Shown: positions 63,005 to 64,000 of the stretch, in pieces | Position numbering within the stretch: position 1 is the stretch's first letter | How the letters are laid out: each line of letters begins with the position of its first letter | NCBI RefSeq assembly: GCF_006345805.1 | Contig: NC_043005.1 | Span: forward strand, 78,678,001 to 78,742,000 | Origin: Octopus sinensis | Taxonomy: Eukaryota | Length of the DNA: 64,000 nucleotides | Direction of reading: 5' to 3' | Translations under genes and position numbers: made by a program | Notes under the pieces: generated by a model | What the model was told of the DNA's origin: nothing | Databases searched by the model: none | What the model saw: the letters and a program-made list of their open reading frames with translations, nothing else

Positions 63005-63241
63005 GACTGTCTGTCAGTCTGTTTCTTTCTGCCTGCCTGTCTTTTTGTCTGTCTGTGTCTTTCTGTCTGTATGTCTCTCTCTCTCTCTCCTTCACACATA
63101 CATACCATCTCTCCCTTTCTCTTTCTATCACTCACTCATTCTCACATTTGCTCTCTTTTTCTATCTATCTATCATTCTATCTATATATCTGTGTGTGTGT
63201 GTGTGTGTGTGTCTATTTACCCATCTATCTTTATCTATCTA

Positions 63242-63311
<70 letters not shown>

Positions 63312-63809
63312 CATTTCGAGTATAGAAAGTAGATCTATATTTTCATATATTGGTGTACACACATATATAATATATATATATATAAATGTATGTATGCATG
63401 TAGGTAGGTATGTGGGTTGGTAGGTAAATGTGTGTAGATGGGTTGATGTCTGAGTATGGACGTGTGTGCATATGTATGTATGCATACATACTTGAATATA
63501 TGCCTGTGTGGGTGTTTCTATGTAAGTATATAGGTTTATTTGTGTGTATATAAATACTTAAAAGTGTGTCTGTATGAATGGATTTATACGCTTGCGTATA
63601 TCTATTTATACGTGTTTAGATATTCATAAGATTATACTGTTTCTTTTGAGCATACGTGGATATATAAACAATGTATAAAATAAAAGTAACACACACGCGC
63701 ACACACACACACACAAACACACACACAAATATATATATATAGTCACACGCAAATACGCACGGACAACGCGAAATGTGTATGCATATCTATGTATATATGG
63801 TGTGTATAT

Positions 63810-63842
<33 letters not shown>

Positions 63843-64000
63843 AACATATATATATATATAAACAATATATATATATATATATATATGGCACGCGTGTGTA
63901 TGTGTGTGTGTGTGCGTGTGTGTGTGTCTGTCAGTCAGTCTGTCTGTGCGTATCCAAATATTTGACTAGAAAGTAAAAACATGTCTGCAGCCGAAGAAGA

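Overview
AT-rich, microsatellite-saturated animal DNA, most likely from an octopod cephalopod. That is an inference from the tRNA-derived Meta/CORE-type SINE families that tile the window. No host protein-coding gene can be identified with confidence, and nearly all ORFs in the supplied track are translations of microsatellites. There is one 100-N assembly gap. Recognisable parts are many SINE copies and SINE multimers, deleted mariner/Tc1/pogo DNA transposons, Helitron-like elements, fragments of RLE-, CR1/L2- and RTE-type LINEs, two tRNA pseudogenes and a palindromic Penelope (GIY-YIG) insertion. The main unexplained signal is a large, diverse set of type I hammerhead ribozyme (HHR) motifs: about 20 motifs from roughly 10 unrelated sequence families. 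The standout is a 2.96-kb array (22944-25901) of six ~484-bp non-coding units. Each unit carries an HHR with an unusually long rod-like domain II and a self-complementary stem III, so it looks like a retrozyme or ribozyme satellite that could yield a ~484-nt self-cleaving, circularisable RNA. Also present are a palindromic tRNA-promoter plus HHR SINE-like family, HHRs with variant catalytic cores (U3:A8, recurrent C4, CUGUGGA), and repeated head-to-head inverted insertions typical of Penelope-type mobilisation. All ribozyme calls come from manual motif and base-pairing inspection; activity is untested.
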